Assembly: GCA_013239625.1 (NCBI GenBank)
Contig: MU053493.1
Location: 319,793 to 383,792, forward strand
Direction of reading: 5' to 3'
DNA length: 64,000 nucleotides
From: Lama guanicoe
Lineage: Eukaryota
Shown here: positions 48,850-62,190 of the stretch, in pieces
How the letters are laid out: each line of letters opens with the position of its first letter
Position numbering within the stretch: position 1 is the stretch's first letter
Position numbers and translations under genes: made by a program
The notes under the pieces: generated by a model
Seen by the model: only the letters and a program-made list of their open reading frames with translations
What the model was told of the DNA's origin: nothing
Databases searched by the model: none

Positions 48850-50573
48850 GAGGGGGATCAAGATCGCAGAGCAAGAGGATGCAGGGCTCTCACCTCCCCT
48901 CACAAACATATCAGTGTACAACTGTGTATAGAACTACTCACCAATATCAACCTGGGGACTAGCAGGATGGCTCTCCTACAACCAAGGCTGCAAGTAAAGA
49001 TCCACAGAGTCTAGTTAAGAAGGAGGGAAAGTGATCTATTTAGGATGCACAGTCTTAGCAGGGGTCACAGGAGTAGAGGAGGATGTCACAGGTTCAGGGA
49101 CCCCTCCAGGGAAGCCAGTGATTTGAGCCACATATTAGGTATCCAAACCCTGGGGTCTAATACGGGGAAGACAAGACCTCTTACCTCGTTTGAAAACCAG
49201 TGAGAATTCCTGGAGGGCTGTAAGAAACTGACCCCATCCTCGAATATTGCAAGCAGTGACTTCTTTATGCCCTGTCACAGTGCTGAAGGAATGGACTTAA
49301 AACATCCTGGGGCTCTACTCAGATTGTCAGGAAAACCAAAGCACATCCCCCAGCCTGCATCAGCCTCCTGCTCCAGCCCTTCATGCTCCAGATCTGTTCC
49401 TCACTAAGGTGGAGGCTGCCATTGCCAATGAGTGTGCAAACTTGAAGGGAACAGAGCCAGCTCTGACCCCAACCCAGCCTCTGACATGGGAGGAGGTAGT
49501 CACTGACAATATGCACTTTGGTGCACTCACAAGGAAAGACTGATATTAGCTGAAAGGTAGAGACCACCACCTCTACAACATGCTTACTTGTGTCCACTTG
49601 TGAAAAAACAATGCTAGCTTCAGGTTGGAGACCATTACCAGAATGCCTGTCCCTGCATACATGTGGAATGGAGCCAATTCAGCAGTGTGTCACCAACCCC
49701 CTGGGCCCTACCCAGAATCTAATCGAGGTAGTCATACTGAGAAAATCATGAAATCAGCTCAGGAGTGAAGCCTTGAACTCCCAGGTCCCCCTCTGCCAAG
49801 CCAAGGCAGAGACTGTCAGCACATTAGGGAGAAATGAATTACTGAGTGTTTGCTCCAGAACCTCAGGTCTTGATCACACCTGCAAAGTGGTGACTGCTAT
49901 TAAGCATGGGAGATATCTCAGTTTGCAAATTCTGGCTCTAGACCCTTTAAATACAGTACTGTCTCCCAACAAGACACTGGTGGTTAGCACATTCTAGGGA
50001 AAAACATGGCCCATGCACACTTTGAAACCAGCTCTCCCAACAGAGCCACTGTGTATAAAGACTGCACACTCCCACATAAGGCCTCAGCTTCAAAATGGGA
50101 TAGATGACTGTTTCACATAATTTCATAAACACCAAGGAAGGTGAACACAATGAGAAGACAGGACAATATGTTTGAAATGAAAGAACAAGGGGAAAAAACC
50201 CTGAAATCACCCCTAATTAAATAGGGATAAATTAATTGAACTGATAAGGATTTCAAATCAATAGTAATAAGAATGTTAACTGAACTTGGGAAAAGAATAA
50301 ATGAGCACAGTGAGAAATTTAATAAAGAAATAGAAAATATAAAGAAGAACTTGACGTGTTGAAAAATAAAAAAAGAGAAATGAAAATTACACTAGAGGGA
50401 ATTAAAAGTAGATTGGGTGATACAGAAGAATGTGTAAGTGATATGGAAGACAGAATACTAGAAATCATGAAATCAGAACAGGAAAAAGAAAAATGAATTT
50501 AAAAAAATGAGAACAGTTTAAGGGATTTGTAGGAGAACATCACATATATTGACATTAAAATTATAAGAGTTCC
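48850..50573 (+). mobile_element. Third, older L1 family 5'UTR plus ORF1 5' half
   Basis: GGGGGATCAAGATCGCAGAG start. ORF1-like sequence from ~50150 (ATGAGAAGACAGG...; AGTGATATGGAAGACAGAATAC). Resumes briefly at 51377-51400. Confidence 0.8.
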
Positions 50574-50698
50574 TATGTCTACGAGTTTGTCTCTGTTTTG
50601 TATTTAAGTTTTTTTTGTTTTTTGTTTTTTTGGTTTGTTTTTAGATTCCACATATGAGCGATCTCCTATGATATTTTTCTTTCTTTCTTTCTTTCTTT

Positions 50699-50758
<60 letters not shown>

Positions 50759-51376
50759 ATTTCTTTCTGGCTTACTTCACTTAGAATGACGTTCCCCAGG
50801 GACATCCATGTTGCTGCAAATGGTGTTATGTTGTTATTTTCTATGGCTGAATAGTATTCCATTGTATAAATATACCACTTCTTTATCCAGTCATCTGTCG
50901 ATGGACATTTAGGCTGTTTCCACATCTTGACTATTGTAAATAGTGCTGTTATGAACATTGGTGTGCAGGTGTCTTTTTAAAGTAGCATTCCATCTGCATA
51001 TGTGCCCAGGAGAGGGATTACTAGATCATATGGTAATTCTATTCCTAGTCTGTTCAGGAATCTCCATACTGTTTTTCACAGTGGCTTCAGCAAACTGCAT
51101 AAATACAAAACAGAAACAGACTGATAGATGTAGAATGTAAACTTGTGGTTGCCAAGGTGGAGAGGGTGCAAAAGGACAGATTGGGAGTTCAAAATTTGTA
51201 GATACTGATGGGCAAGTGTAGAAAGATAAACACAATTATACTGTATAGCACAGGGAAATATATACAAGATCTTGTGGTAGCTCACAGCAAAAAAGAATGT
51301 GACAATGAATATATGTATGTTCATGTATAACTGAAAAATTGCGCTCTACACTGGAATTTGACACAACATAGTAAAC
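50574..51376. mobile_element. 5'-truncated L1 3' end with inversion (minus 50574-51090, plus ~51099-51376)
   Basis: Minus part covers ORF2 C-terminus/3'UTR (ORF 50641-50958, MFITALFTIVKMWKQPKCPS). Plus part is the downstream 3'UTR. Short TSD AGTTCC (50568-50573 / 51377-51382). Confidence 0.88.
50676..50766. repeat. (TTTC)n microsatellite
   Basis: About 20 TTTC units expanded from the GAAAGAGAAAG tract of the L1 3' region. Confidence 0.97.
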
Positions 51377-51773
51377 AGTTCCCTAGAAGAAAAGATAAAG
51401 TACTTGAGTGCTGTTTATTCATCTAGACATTCTGAAACATGCAAAGACATCTGATATATATATAGTCAAATATCATATATATGCTATGCATGCATATATA
51501 CACACATAATCACCATACAACAAGTAAGGAAACCTTATGACACTGGCAGTCCTCATTTGTGTAGCTGGTAAAGTGGTAGCAGCTAAGTTATTAACCCAGA
51601 CCTCCAGAAGGGATGGACCATTAGTACTCCTGCTCAGATTGAGTTGCAATTTTCCATTGAACTTAATTACAAGGCAGAGTTATAGTAATAGAAACCCTAA
51701 AGAATCTCCTGTATTCCAGACATACTCTTCCTTTTAACCATTGTGGAATAGTTGTTCAATTTTCCTCTGGTAG

Positions 51774-52222
51774 TGACAGATTATTTGTCTCAACAAAGCT
51801 TAAGCATGATTCTGAACACTCCCCAAGCACATCTGTGCACATCCTTGTAAAATCCCTAGTGTGAACCCTGCAAAACCAGTTTAGGAAGGGTCTTTCATCC
51901 TTATTCTTGATTATCCTCAATATCTAATCAGCTTTATCATCCTTCAAAATCCACCAAGTGATGACAGAACAACCAGGCACGACTTACATAGGATGCCTGT
52001 TAGGTGGATTTAGCCACAATCATGCTTTTGTCATTTGCTCTTAGCAATTTTCCATCTACTGAACTCCACCTCAAAGGTCCTTATTTATAAATTCCAACTT
52101 CTTCATGCTATATGTGGAATTGAGCCTGATCTATACCGACATACCCTTTTCCCATTGTAGAATTCCTGAATAAAACCTGTTTTTACTTCTTTAAAAATTC
52201 TGGTTGCTATTTGGCAGTTACA
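51774..52222 (+). mobile_element. MER67-like LTR (5' LTR of an old ERV1)
   Basis: TGACAGA...TTACA termini; CATCTGTGCACATCCTTGTAAAATCC; AATAAA ~52169; followed by TGGTG PBS-like start; homologous to 21450-21775. Confidence 0.75.
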
Positions 52223-54529
52223 ATGGTGTAATGCAAATAAACTAGATTCATCCTGGAGCTTTTGGTACTCCTTTAGAGCCTTTGTATTCACTCCTGGTGA
52301 TTGGGGATATTTTACTGAGTGTGACTTCAAATCATTGGTCCAGACAAATACATGTTAGAGTCCCAGACAAACAGAGGCTGTGTTAGAGTTCTGGGCTTCT
52401 CAATAAGAAGACATATTGGAATCACAGAAAACACAAACTGTGTTAGAGTCCCAGGCGAGCATGCATTTGCAAGAAGCTGAAGATTACTGGGGAGTCCCAG
52501 CCTTCTGTGTTCGTATAAAGTTATTACTAGTAAAGATCTGGGAAGAATCTCAGTGGATTGAATATGCCATTCTTAAATACTTGCTGAGTATATGCTCCAC
52601 CACTTTTCACTTCCTTTTCTTTTGGACACAGCTTTACTGAAGATAATTTGGAAACTCAGTCTGGCTCCTTAGTCCTCTCCCTTCCTGTCCTATCTGCTCC
52701 TGTTTCCCCCATCACTGCTTTTCATCTTTCCTCCAGCTCCCTTGAGTCACTTGAAGTGTCCCTTCAAATCCTACCTTTTCCATCTCTCTGCACCACACAG
52801 ACTTCTCCCTTCCCACCTAGCCCCTTGGTTCTTGACACTCACTTGAACTTTAGGCCCACATGGAGGGTTCTCAGCAGATTAATGTACCCCCTCAAAGCAA
52901 ACACTTTGGACTTAAAAGAGAAAAACATCCTACTAAGGAACAGAACTGTACTTTCTGTCAACTCAAATGGGTGTTTCAGCTGCTAGGGGATTCCTCAGTT
53001 AGTGGCCTAAAATTTTACTTCTCTGCCTTAATCAGATACGTGTCAAAGCAAAAGAAAATTAAAAGTCTCCTCCAAAATATTGATAAACAGGTCACTTTTA
53101 CTTGTCCCCTTGCCTGGAACACAATTCAAATGAGCAGATAATGTGAGGATAAACCAGTGAGGTTTTATTACTATGTTTTACTGTCTCATAGCTAAAATGT
53201 TCAAGTGAAAGATGTAAAAAGTCTGTTTCCACATGTTTATAATTTAGGTATGTTCATGTGCTTTTGTGTGTGTGTTTGTATGTTATGTATACAAGTTTTT
53301 TTTCTAACTCTGGATGATATTATTGAATTAATTTATAAAATCCTTTAATGGAGTTTTATTCAAATTACAGATAAATAAGCACTTCTATAAATTAAGTGTT
53401 CCTAAACACTTGGAAATACAGTCAGCCCTCTGTATACAAAGGTTAGGCATCCATGGATTCAACCAACTGTAGATTAATATTAAAAAAAAAAAAACTAAAG
53501 AAGTTTCCAAAATTCAAAACTTGGATTTGTCCTGTACCAGAAACTATTAACATATCATTTACACTATGCTAAACATTGTACTTAATCTAAAAATTATGTA
53601 AGTATGCAGGAAATAGGATGCAATTTTATACCATGAACTTGACCATCCATGTATTAATGTATCTGTGGGCAGTCTGGAGCCAATTTTCTGAGGATACCAA
53701 AAGATGACTGCATAGACAATTTATAAAATTTTATTTGGGACAATGTTTGTAATAAAGCTAGTTTCCAAAACTGTTGGTAAAATAAAATCTTGCAAACAGG
53801 AATGTCTTTAGATCAACTATAATGCAGGCATACACCTTTATTCTGCCTAGGATTTCTAGGCAAGGAAGTTTAAGTTATCTCTCCTTGATAGTTAAGATTG
53901 TAAAACCAAAAATTCAAGCTAAGGAAAACTGTGCAATAAAATTAATTGCTTAATTCATTTTCAGCACAGTATCGAAAAAATAAATGAAACAGACTGTTTA
54001 CCTTATAATTTCTTTGCTTATGTTTTTTTTATAGCTGCCTAATTTGTAAACAAAAACTAATTCAGGATTATGTATAGACTTGTTTAGTTCATGAAATTTT
54101 CATGATCAATTCAAACATAACTATTTATAGCAAGTGATTAAGTAGACACAAATGAATAAAAGTTTCAAAATAAACTTCAACATAATTATGTTTTATATTA
54201 GTAAAGTCCACTAAAACTAGTCCCGCAAACTTTTTAGTAACTTGAAAGTTTAAAGTTATACTAAATGAAGGTAAATAATTTATATTTGTTGAATATCTAG
54301 ATCATTTCTAAATAAAATATTTAAACATTAATTGCTGAACAAACATTTATCAACTTTTTTATGCTATTGAATTTTTTATTGAAGTATAGTTAAAAGTTTG
54401 TCTACTTTTGGCATCTTTTCAAATACAGTAAAAAGAAGCTAAACATATTTGAGTCCGTAAAAAATCAATTGTACTATAAAAATGTATTACATTTAAAATT
54501 TATGAAATTGTATTAATAAATTTGGGTGC
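52223..54529 (+). mobile_element. Old ERV1 non-coding internal region (MER31/MER67-int-like)
   Basis: Follows the LTR; short leader repeats GTTAGAGTCCCAG at ~52354, 52382 and 52442; AT-rich body; target of MER2 and of the Thr-PBS provirus. Confidence 0.55.
53419..53710 (-). mobile_element. MER2-like non-autonomous DNA transposon (TcMar-Tigger)
   Basis: TIRs CAGTCAGCCCTCTGTATAC... / ...GGATACCAAAAGATGACTG; TA immediately to the left; internal GCATCCATGGATTCAACCAAC. Confidence 0.85.
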
Positions 54530-54877
54530 TGAAAGTGTAAAACCCACAAAGGGACCAGTAATAACTGCCAGGCAGGGCCAATGCCTACCTGCTTTTGTGT
54601 TTCTGTAAAACAGCTTGCTTCTAGGAAAATGAAATTTATCACTAAAATTCCATTGGTTCCCAAAAGATCATTCCTGACTGGTCCATTCTAACACCTCATT
54701 TGCATATGGTGTGAACTTAATCAAAAGCTAATACCCTAAAAAAGCCTGTGTAAACCTACAGATGGGGTCCAGAGCTTGGTGTGTTAACTTCTGTGGGCCC
54801 ACTGATGTAATAATCCTGAGTACTCAAACTGTCCAAGTGTCACTTGGTCTCTCAACAAGATTCAGGTTTCTGTAACA
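54530..54877 (+). repeat. 5' LTR of Thr-PBS provirus (348 bp)
   Basis: Direct repeat of 62191-62610; ATTGG (CCAAT) box; octamer ATTTGCAT 54698-54705. Confidence 0.95.
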
Positions 54878-54881
54878 TTTC

Positions 54882-54899
54882 TGGAGGCCCCAGTGAGAT
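54882..54899 (+). promoter_or_regulatory. Primer binding site, tRNA-Thr
   Basis: TGGAGGCCCCAGTGAGAT is TGGAGGCCCCAGCGAGAT (complement of the tRNA-Thr 3' end as recalled) with one CpG change. Confidence 0.8.
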
Positions 54900-56080
54900 T
54901 CCAATCAGGCCAACACCTTGAGCTGCCAAGATGGTGGAGCAACCCCAAAAGTGAATGAGGCAGCCTGCCACCTGATGGTATTCTGGGTCCTCTTTCACTG
55001 AGGTGGTTCAGTTCTCTGGGCAGCTGAACCCTGACTAGACTCGGTGGATGGATGGACCAAGTCACCAGGGAGCATGTCCGGATCAGGTAAGAACCTGAGA
55101 ACTAGTCTGTAGTCAGGTCCTGTCCCATGGACAGAAGAGGAGACTGATCACCTCTTAAGGGTTCCCTAATTGGAAACATAGTTCAGGTATAGGTCAGGTA
55201 TCCCTGAGTTGGAGGGGAGATGTGAAATTAAAATCTGAGTGTGTGTGTGAGTGTGTGTGTCTGTGGCCTGACCTGCTTGCACTTCAGGTTCGAGTCTGTA
55301 GCTCCAGGGCACTCTGCTACAGAGTTCAAGTGAGTCCCAACATGAGGTTCCATGGTGACCTCATATGGCACAGAGTGGTATCAACCCTTCGGGTTATTGA
55401 TCAGAGTCAGTGGATTATACTGCCCCACAAATGCTAAGAGGCACCTTCATCCCCAAGAGGGAAGTGCCCAAGTGGATACAGAAAAAGTCCTTCCCTTTGT
55501 CTTCTCTGTGACACTGGCACAGGGTGGCCACACAAGGAGGGAAAGGAACATAGATCATCCTATAAGTAAGTGACCCCTGTGCTCTCAGGAACTTCTATGA
55601 GACTTTTTTGAGAGTTTCTGATGTGACCATATCAACGGACATCTGAGATATCCTGTCACAATTAGTGAACCAGCCCCAGTACTGCCCTTTCTGTCTGACA
55701 TTGAGACCTCAAGATTTGAGCCAGGGAGGGCTTCCCTAGGACTGGCTGCACCCCTCCTTGGAGGCCCCTGTTTGGCCCACTTGTTTTGTCACCAGCTCAT
55801 CTGGGCCCCATGCTTTGTCAGTTCAGGCTATAGAGAGGGCTTTGTACAAAGGCCCCTGAAACTTGTCCAAGCTCTAGAATTTGTCAGCGGTTTCTTTTCT
55901 GGGAGAAAACCTGACTCATTGGCAATGCTTGCAGCCAAGGAGATATTAGACCCTGTGAGTCAGCCAGCTTTTTGGGACTCCACTCTTTCAAGGAGTGGAG
56001 GAAACAGAGATACCTGGGTCACTATCCATGGCACCAGAAGCAGACCCATGCCTATAGTTAGTAAAATCTCTCAGATAACA

Positions 56081-57654
56081 ATGGGGACCTCAAAGTTAAA
56101 GCCAACTGCTCCAGACTGCATGATTAAAAATTTCAAATAGGGCTTCTCAGGAGACCATTGTATTAAATTGACACCAGGAAAATTGCACACGTTGTGCGAG
56201 CTAGAATGGTCCACCTTTGGAGTGGGATGGCCCTCAGAAGGCACATTTGACCTGCCAACTGTCCAGACTGTATACTGAGTGATTACCGGCAGCCCAGAGC
56301 ACCCCAACCAATTTCCATATATTGACTCTTGCCTTACAATTGTCCAAACCTTGCCTCCATGGGTCCAGTTCTGTGCAAATGGTCAGGGACAGTGTAGGAT
56401 CCTCGTGGCCCAAACATTGAAGGTGAAAAAGGAAGATATGATGAAACCAATCCTTCAGTGGGACCTTGAAAAAGTGCCATTGATGTCCCCAACATATATC
56501 CTCCCAGCTCTTATAGCTCCACCACAGTCATCCCTACTGGATACTCCATCTCCACCTGTGTCCCCACTGCCAGAACCCTCGGCTCTAAGCAAGAAGCCAT
56601 AGGGAGGAGACTCCACTTGGCCCAGTGAGTCACAGCAAGCGGCCGCCCTCCAGATGCGTCTTTGGGAGATCAAAGTCCTCAAAAAGTAAGCGATGATGGC
56701 TCTGTGCAACCCAAATGCTCCATCCTATACTACCAGACTTTCAGCATGATGGACCTCTTAAACTGGTGACACCATGCTCTGCCCTATTCAGAGAAACCTC
56801 AGGCCATGATTGACATCCTAAAGTCTATCATCCAGACCTACCAGTCAACCTGAGACTATATCCATCAGCTGCTCGTAACACTCTTCAACACTGCAGAAAG
56901 AAAGCATATCCTGACAGAAACCATAAAGTGGCTACAAGGACAGTCCATGGGAGGGACTCTAGATGCAGAAAAAATCCAGCCCCCAAAATGTGATCAAACT
57001 GGGACTTTAACACCCAAGCCAGATGAGGGGCTTTGCATGAATATTGGTGCACCTTCATGGGTAGTGAGCTGGAGCAAAGAAGCCAACCAACAGGTCCAAG
57101 ACCACCATGGTGATCCAAAAACTGGATGAGTCCCCCACGGACTTCTATGAGAGGCTATGTGAAGTTTTTGCATCTACATCCCATTTGATTCCGAGGCCCC
57201 TGAAAACCAGTGAATGGTCAGTGTTGCTTTTGTAGCCCAGTCCTTCACTGACATCTCCCAAAAACTTCAAAAGCTGGAAGGTTTTCCTGCAATGAATTCT
57301 ACTCAACTGCTGGAGGTAGCCAACAAGATCTTCATAAACCAAGACCACAAAGCCCAATGAGAAGCTGACAAATGGATGAAACAGAAAGTATCCCTATTGG
57401 CAGTGGCATGAGGGAGCCCTGATCCAAGCTGGCATCCCGCCCCACCACAGAAGGGGGAACCATGTACAAGGGCCCCACTGCAGCAGGACCAATGGGCACA
57501 CTGTAAGGAGATTGGTCACTGGAAAAATCAGTGCTCTAATCACAGATAGGCAAAGAATCTACCAAAGAGAAAGCCCCCGGCCAGCAAAGGAAATTACCGA
57601 CCCAAGCCATCTCTGAGGGACCTCATAATATTGGCAAAGTTTGATGCAGAATAG
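56081..57654 (+). pseudogene. gag: gag, degenerate
   Basis: MGTSKLKPTAPDCMIKNFK*GFSGD...LCELEWSTFGVGWPSEGTFD; GSPEHPNQFPYIDS; zinc knuckle DQWAHCKEIGHWKNQC (~57487). TAG at 57652 is in frame with protease (read-through type). Confidence 0.92.
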
Positions 57655-60600
57655 AGGGGAATGGGCTGTCTGCTCCTTGGCTCCCGGGAGCCCATGGTTG
57701 AGATGTTGGTGGGGGGGCCACTGATGACATTTATGGTGGACATGGGGGCAGAACATTTGGTGGTGACTGAGAAAAAGGCAACTATCATGGGGGCTACCGA
57801 GGACCAAGCCACTCACCCATTTTGCCATCATCGATCATGCCAGGTGGGAGAACATCTGGTCATTCATGGGTTTCTATACCTACCAGAGTATCCTATCACC
57901 GTTTTGAGAAGAGGCTTACTATGAAAACTGGGGGCTCAGATAATGTTCTCTCCAGGAAAACAAACACATCTGACTCAGAGGGAAGGAAGCTTTACTCATG
58001 ATGGCGACAGTGCCCCAAGAAGAAAAATGGCACCTATGCCAAATGGAAAGCACTCAAACACTGACTCTCTATTGAAGGAATTCCTCTCCATCTGAGCAGA
58101 AGGGGGACCACATGGATTAACCCAAAACCATGCACTGCTGGTCTTAGACCTACAACTAGGTGCAACCTTGGCCAGGCTGTGACAGTACCGCATACCTAGA
58201 GAAGCCTGTCTGGGAACCAAGAAGCATATCCAGAGCTTACATAATGAGGGAATGTTTACAGAGTGCCAGTCTCCATGGAATATGCCTCTCCCACCAATCA
58301 ATAAGGCAGAAGGAAAAGATTATTGGCCAGTGCAGAATTTGCGAGTAGTCAACAGTGCTAAGACCATGATACATCCGGTGGTCCTGAACCTATATCTGAG
58401 ACTTCTACTGGCCCAAGTCAGATGGTTCATGTGCTTAGATCTCAATTATGCTTTCTTCTGCCTCAGGCTGGCACCGGCCAGTCATCCAATATTTGCCTTC
58501 AAGTGGGAGGACCCCTACATGGGCAGGAGAACTCAGTTGATCTGAACTCGCTTACTACAGGGTTTTAAAAATTCACCAACCCTGTTTGGGGATGCAATTG
58601 CCACAGACTTGGCTGCTTTCCTGGGAGAAGGTCTAAACTGAACCTTGTTTCAGTATATGGATGACCTGTTATTGGCCACCCCCTATCAACAGAAATGTTG
58701 AAAGGGAACCTGGGCCCTGTTAGCCTTGCTATTGGACACTGGCTATAAAATCTCTTGGAAGAAGGCACAGATTTGTAAAGAGAAAGTCAAGTATATCCTG
58801 CTTATTGCCTTAGAAGGACACCAAGCTTTGGGCCTGGAGTGGAAACAAGCCATTTGTGCTATACCTCAGCCAGGCACAAAGAAAGAGGTCCAAGAATTCC
58901 TGGGGGAAGCAGGGTTCTCCCAAATCTGGATCCCTGGTTTCTCAAACATAGCCAAGCCCCTGTATGAAGCCACCATGGGATCTGGGAAGGAACCCTTGGA
59001 CTGGAGACCCAAGCAGGAGGGAGCTTTCAATGAGATCAAAGGACTGCTGATGTGTGCTCCTGCCCTGGGAGTATCAGATGTGACAAGAGAATTCAACTTG
59101 TTCATCCACTAAAAGAACTATACAGCCCTAGGAGTCCTCATCCAAGCAGTAGGGCCATGGCAGCGGCCCATGGCCTCTTTTTCAAAACACCTGGGCTGGT
59201 GGAATCAGGCTCATAGGCCACCATGCGTATGAGCATTGGCTGCAACAGTAACCCTGGTCAAGGAGGCAGACAAGCTCACTCTATGGCAGTTTATCAATGT
59301 AAAGTTTCCACATGCAGTCACTACCCTGATGAATAGCCAGAGGCATCGATGACTGACCAACACTAAGATGACACATTACCAAGGGCTCCTTTGTGAAAAT
59401 CCCAGGATCTGCCTGGAGACAGTGAGAACTTTGAAACCAGCCACCTTCCTGCCTGAGGGAGAGGGCCCACCTGACCACGACTGTGAGGACGTAATAGAGG
59501 AAGTCTACTGAAGCAGGCCTAATCTGTCTGATATTCTGTTCCAGAACCCTGAACTTCAAATTTTCACAGATGGGAGTAGCGACATGCAGGATAGACAATG
59601 TAAGGCAGGATATACAGTGACCATGGCACATGAGACGATAAAGGCTGAACCTCTACCACAGGGCTGGATGGCACAGAGGGTAGATATATGGGCACTCATC
59701 CAGGCATTGTGAGAGCAAAAAGGAAAGCAGATCAACAGTTACACAGACTCCAAGTATGCCTTTGCTACCCTGCATATACATGGTGCCATACATAATGAAA
59801 GGGGTCTGTTAACAGCCAGAGGTAAAGAGATTAAAAATAAAGATGAGGTATTACAACTGTTAGAGGCAGTTTGGGAGTCTGCAAAGGAGTTGGTCATCCA
59901 CTGCAAAGGACTCCAAAAAGGAAATGATCCTATAAGCAGAGGAAATTGACTGGCAGATCAGGCTGTGAGAGAAGCAGAAAGCCAACCAGGCCACGCCAGA
60001 GACCCTGGGAACATTGTGAAGGTTCTGCTAGCACCCAAGCTGCCAACACCTTCAAGATACAGCTGAGAGGAAAACCTATGGGCCAATACTGAAGGAGGAA
60101 GCAAAGGAGAGGAAGGATTGTGGGTGATGCCTCTTATATGCCCAGAACAATGTGAAACAGGAGTCAACTGGACCCAGGGGTATCCAGCGTTCTAGCCAGG
60201 CTCCTTTTGAATATATGGAAGTGGATTTCACTGAAATAGGGCCTAGCAGAGGATACAAATTCTTTCTGGTTTTTGTCTGCATCTTTTCAGGATGAGGAAA
60301 AGCATATCTGACACATACTGAAAAGGCTAGAGAAGTAACAAAGGCCTTACTCAGAGACATTATTGTCAGATTCGGCATGCCATTGACCATAGGATCAGAG
60401 ATAGTGCAAAAAATGGCAAAAGCACTAATCATCCACTGGAATCTTCATGTGGCCTACAGGCCCCAGAGTTAAGGGACAGTAGAGTGCATAAACCAAACCA
60501 TAAAGCAGATTATGGCCAACCTCGGGAAGGGAACTCAAATACCTTGGACTGACATTTTGCCCCTGACTCTCCTGCATGTATGCTGTGCCCCACAGACCAA

Positions 60601-61043
60601 GATAGGGTTCTCCCACTTTGAAATCTTATATGGGAGGCTCCCACCCCTATTTAGACTAGGAGAAAACATTAAGGAGGTAGGAAACTCATAACTTCATAAG
60701 CAAATACAGGGCCTCAGAAAGACCATACAAGAGACCTATAGGTGGGTAACTGACAGGATCTCAGTGTTACTTAGAATGATACTATACCCCTACAAAACCA
60801 AGGATCAAGTCTAGGTAAAATATTGGACAAAGGAGCCCTTCAAACCAACTTGGAGGGGTCCCTACCCAATTAAGCACCCCCAACATCTCATCTTTCAAAG
60901 TTGCAGGAATCATCCTGTGAATTCATCACAACAGGGTAAAGAGGCCTCGAGATGATGATGTCTGGAAAATCAACCAGGCTCCTGGAGAGCAACTAAAATT
61001 CAGGATCCATGAAGTGCCCACCACATCTGCTGGAGAACAGTGA
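57655..61043 (+). pseudogene. pol: pro-pol, degenerate (integrase zinc-finger region largely deleted)
   Basis: FMVDMGAEHLVV protease; SPWNMPL, LDLNYAFF, QGFKNSPTLFG and QYMDD (58651) in RT; FTDGSS and YTDSKYAF in RNase H; EVDFTE and AYRPQS*GTVE in IN; WRGPY. Confidence 0.95.
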
Positions 61044-61119
61044 GCCCTGCTTTAGCCACACCAAGAAGCTGGATAGTCAACTCACGGCAGAAGACTTAGG
61101 AAGTCACAAAGGACGAGAT

Positions 61120-61927
61120 GAGACAGATTAATTGAAATGCACCTTTTAAAAAGATCGCAACTGTGATGACTGGTCATTGCCACCACTTGCTTTTCTCTCC
61201 CATAATAATCCTTGCTTTAACATTCTGCATAGGACTGACTGTAGTAGCTCCTGCTGACTGGCAATACTCCAGGAGACTCCTACTTGCAATTTCATACCTT
61301 TTTGTGGTAGATGCCTCACAACTATCCTATGGCTGTGACCTGGCCCTCTCCTCAGGCAAAGCAAGAAATGGCCAGAATTGTAACCTTCTGCCTGCTTTTA
61401 TGAATAAATCCCCTTTGCATGATGGAAGGTCAACCATCCATGTAGCCAGGTGGTAACTGATATGGCAGGGATTGCCAAGCAGAGGGAATACTGGGCTTGC
61501 CTAAGAAAGGACACAAAATATGATATGCCTACAGTTCCCCTCCTGACATATTAGGCCTCTCTGGAGGACCTAATGATGCTAACACTGTCTATAAGTGTGT
61601 TCTAGGCTATTCTCTGCAATAAAACTGAGAGGGCAGGAGCAGGGGGAAGACAATGTCCCCACTGATATGAGAGAGAAACTAGACCAGCCAGTCCCTCTAT
61701 GTGATTATGCCTTGTGTATGCAACCAAACTAATGGGAAACTTCTCAATATGCTTCCAAAACTTATACAGTGATGAAGGCAATGAGATAGGATATGTTAAA
61801 GAGACCTAATGCAATTAAACTTTGTCATTCAACCAGACAACCCTAGATCGGAAACAATGGGGGGTGATGATGAATATGATGTATACTATATGAATAACAC
61901 AGGATTAAATTTTACCTGAGGAGGCAA
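61120..61927 (+). pseudogene. env: env SU N-terminal remnant; TM absent
   Basis: Located after pol. Hydrophobic leader (ORF 61163-61456) and Cys-containing SU-like segments. Interrupted at 61928 by a pol-derived 164-bp piece; no TM/ISD before the PPT. Confidence 0.65.
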
Positions 61928-62190
61928 CATCAGGCTCATAGGCCACCATGCCTATGAGCATTGGCTGCGACAGTAACCCTGGTCAAGGAGGTAGGAAACT
62001 CATAACTTCATAAGCAAATACAGGGCCTCAGAAAGACCATACAAGAGACCTATAGGTGGGTAACTGACAGGATCTCAGTGTTACTTAGAATACAGCTAGT
62101 GTTAAGATCCTGCCACACTGAGTGAGTATCTGCAGCCTGAGGAAAATTGATGCTCACTCCAGGAGTAAAGAGAGTATCAAAAAGGGGGAA

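Noticed and set aside
61163..61456. 97-aa hydrophobic ORF present in two identical copies, as a possible co-opted env/Rec-like product
   Set aside because: The identity is explained by the recent duplication; the surrounding env is stop-ridden and lacks TM.
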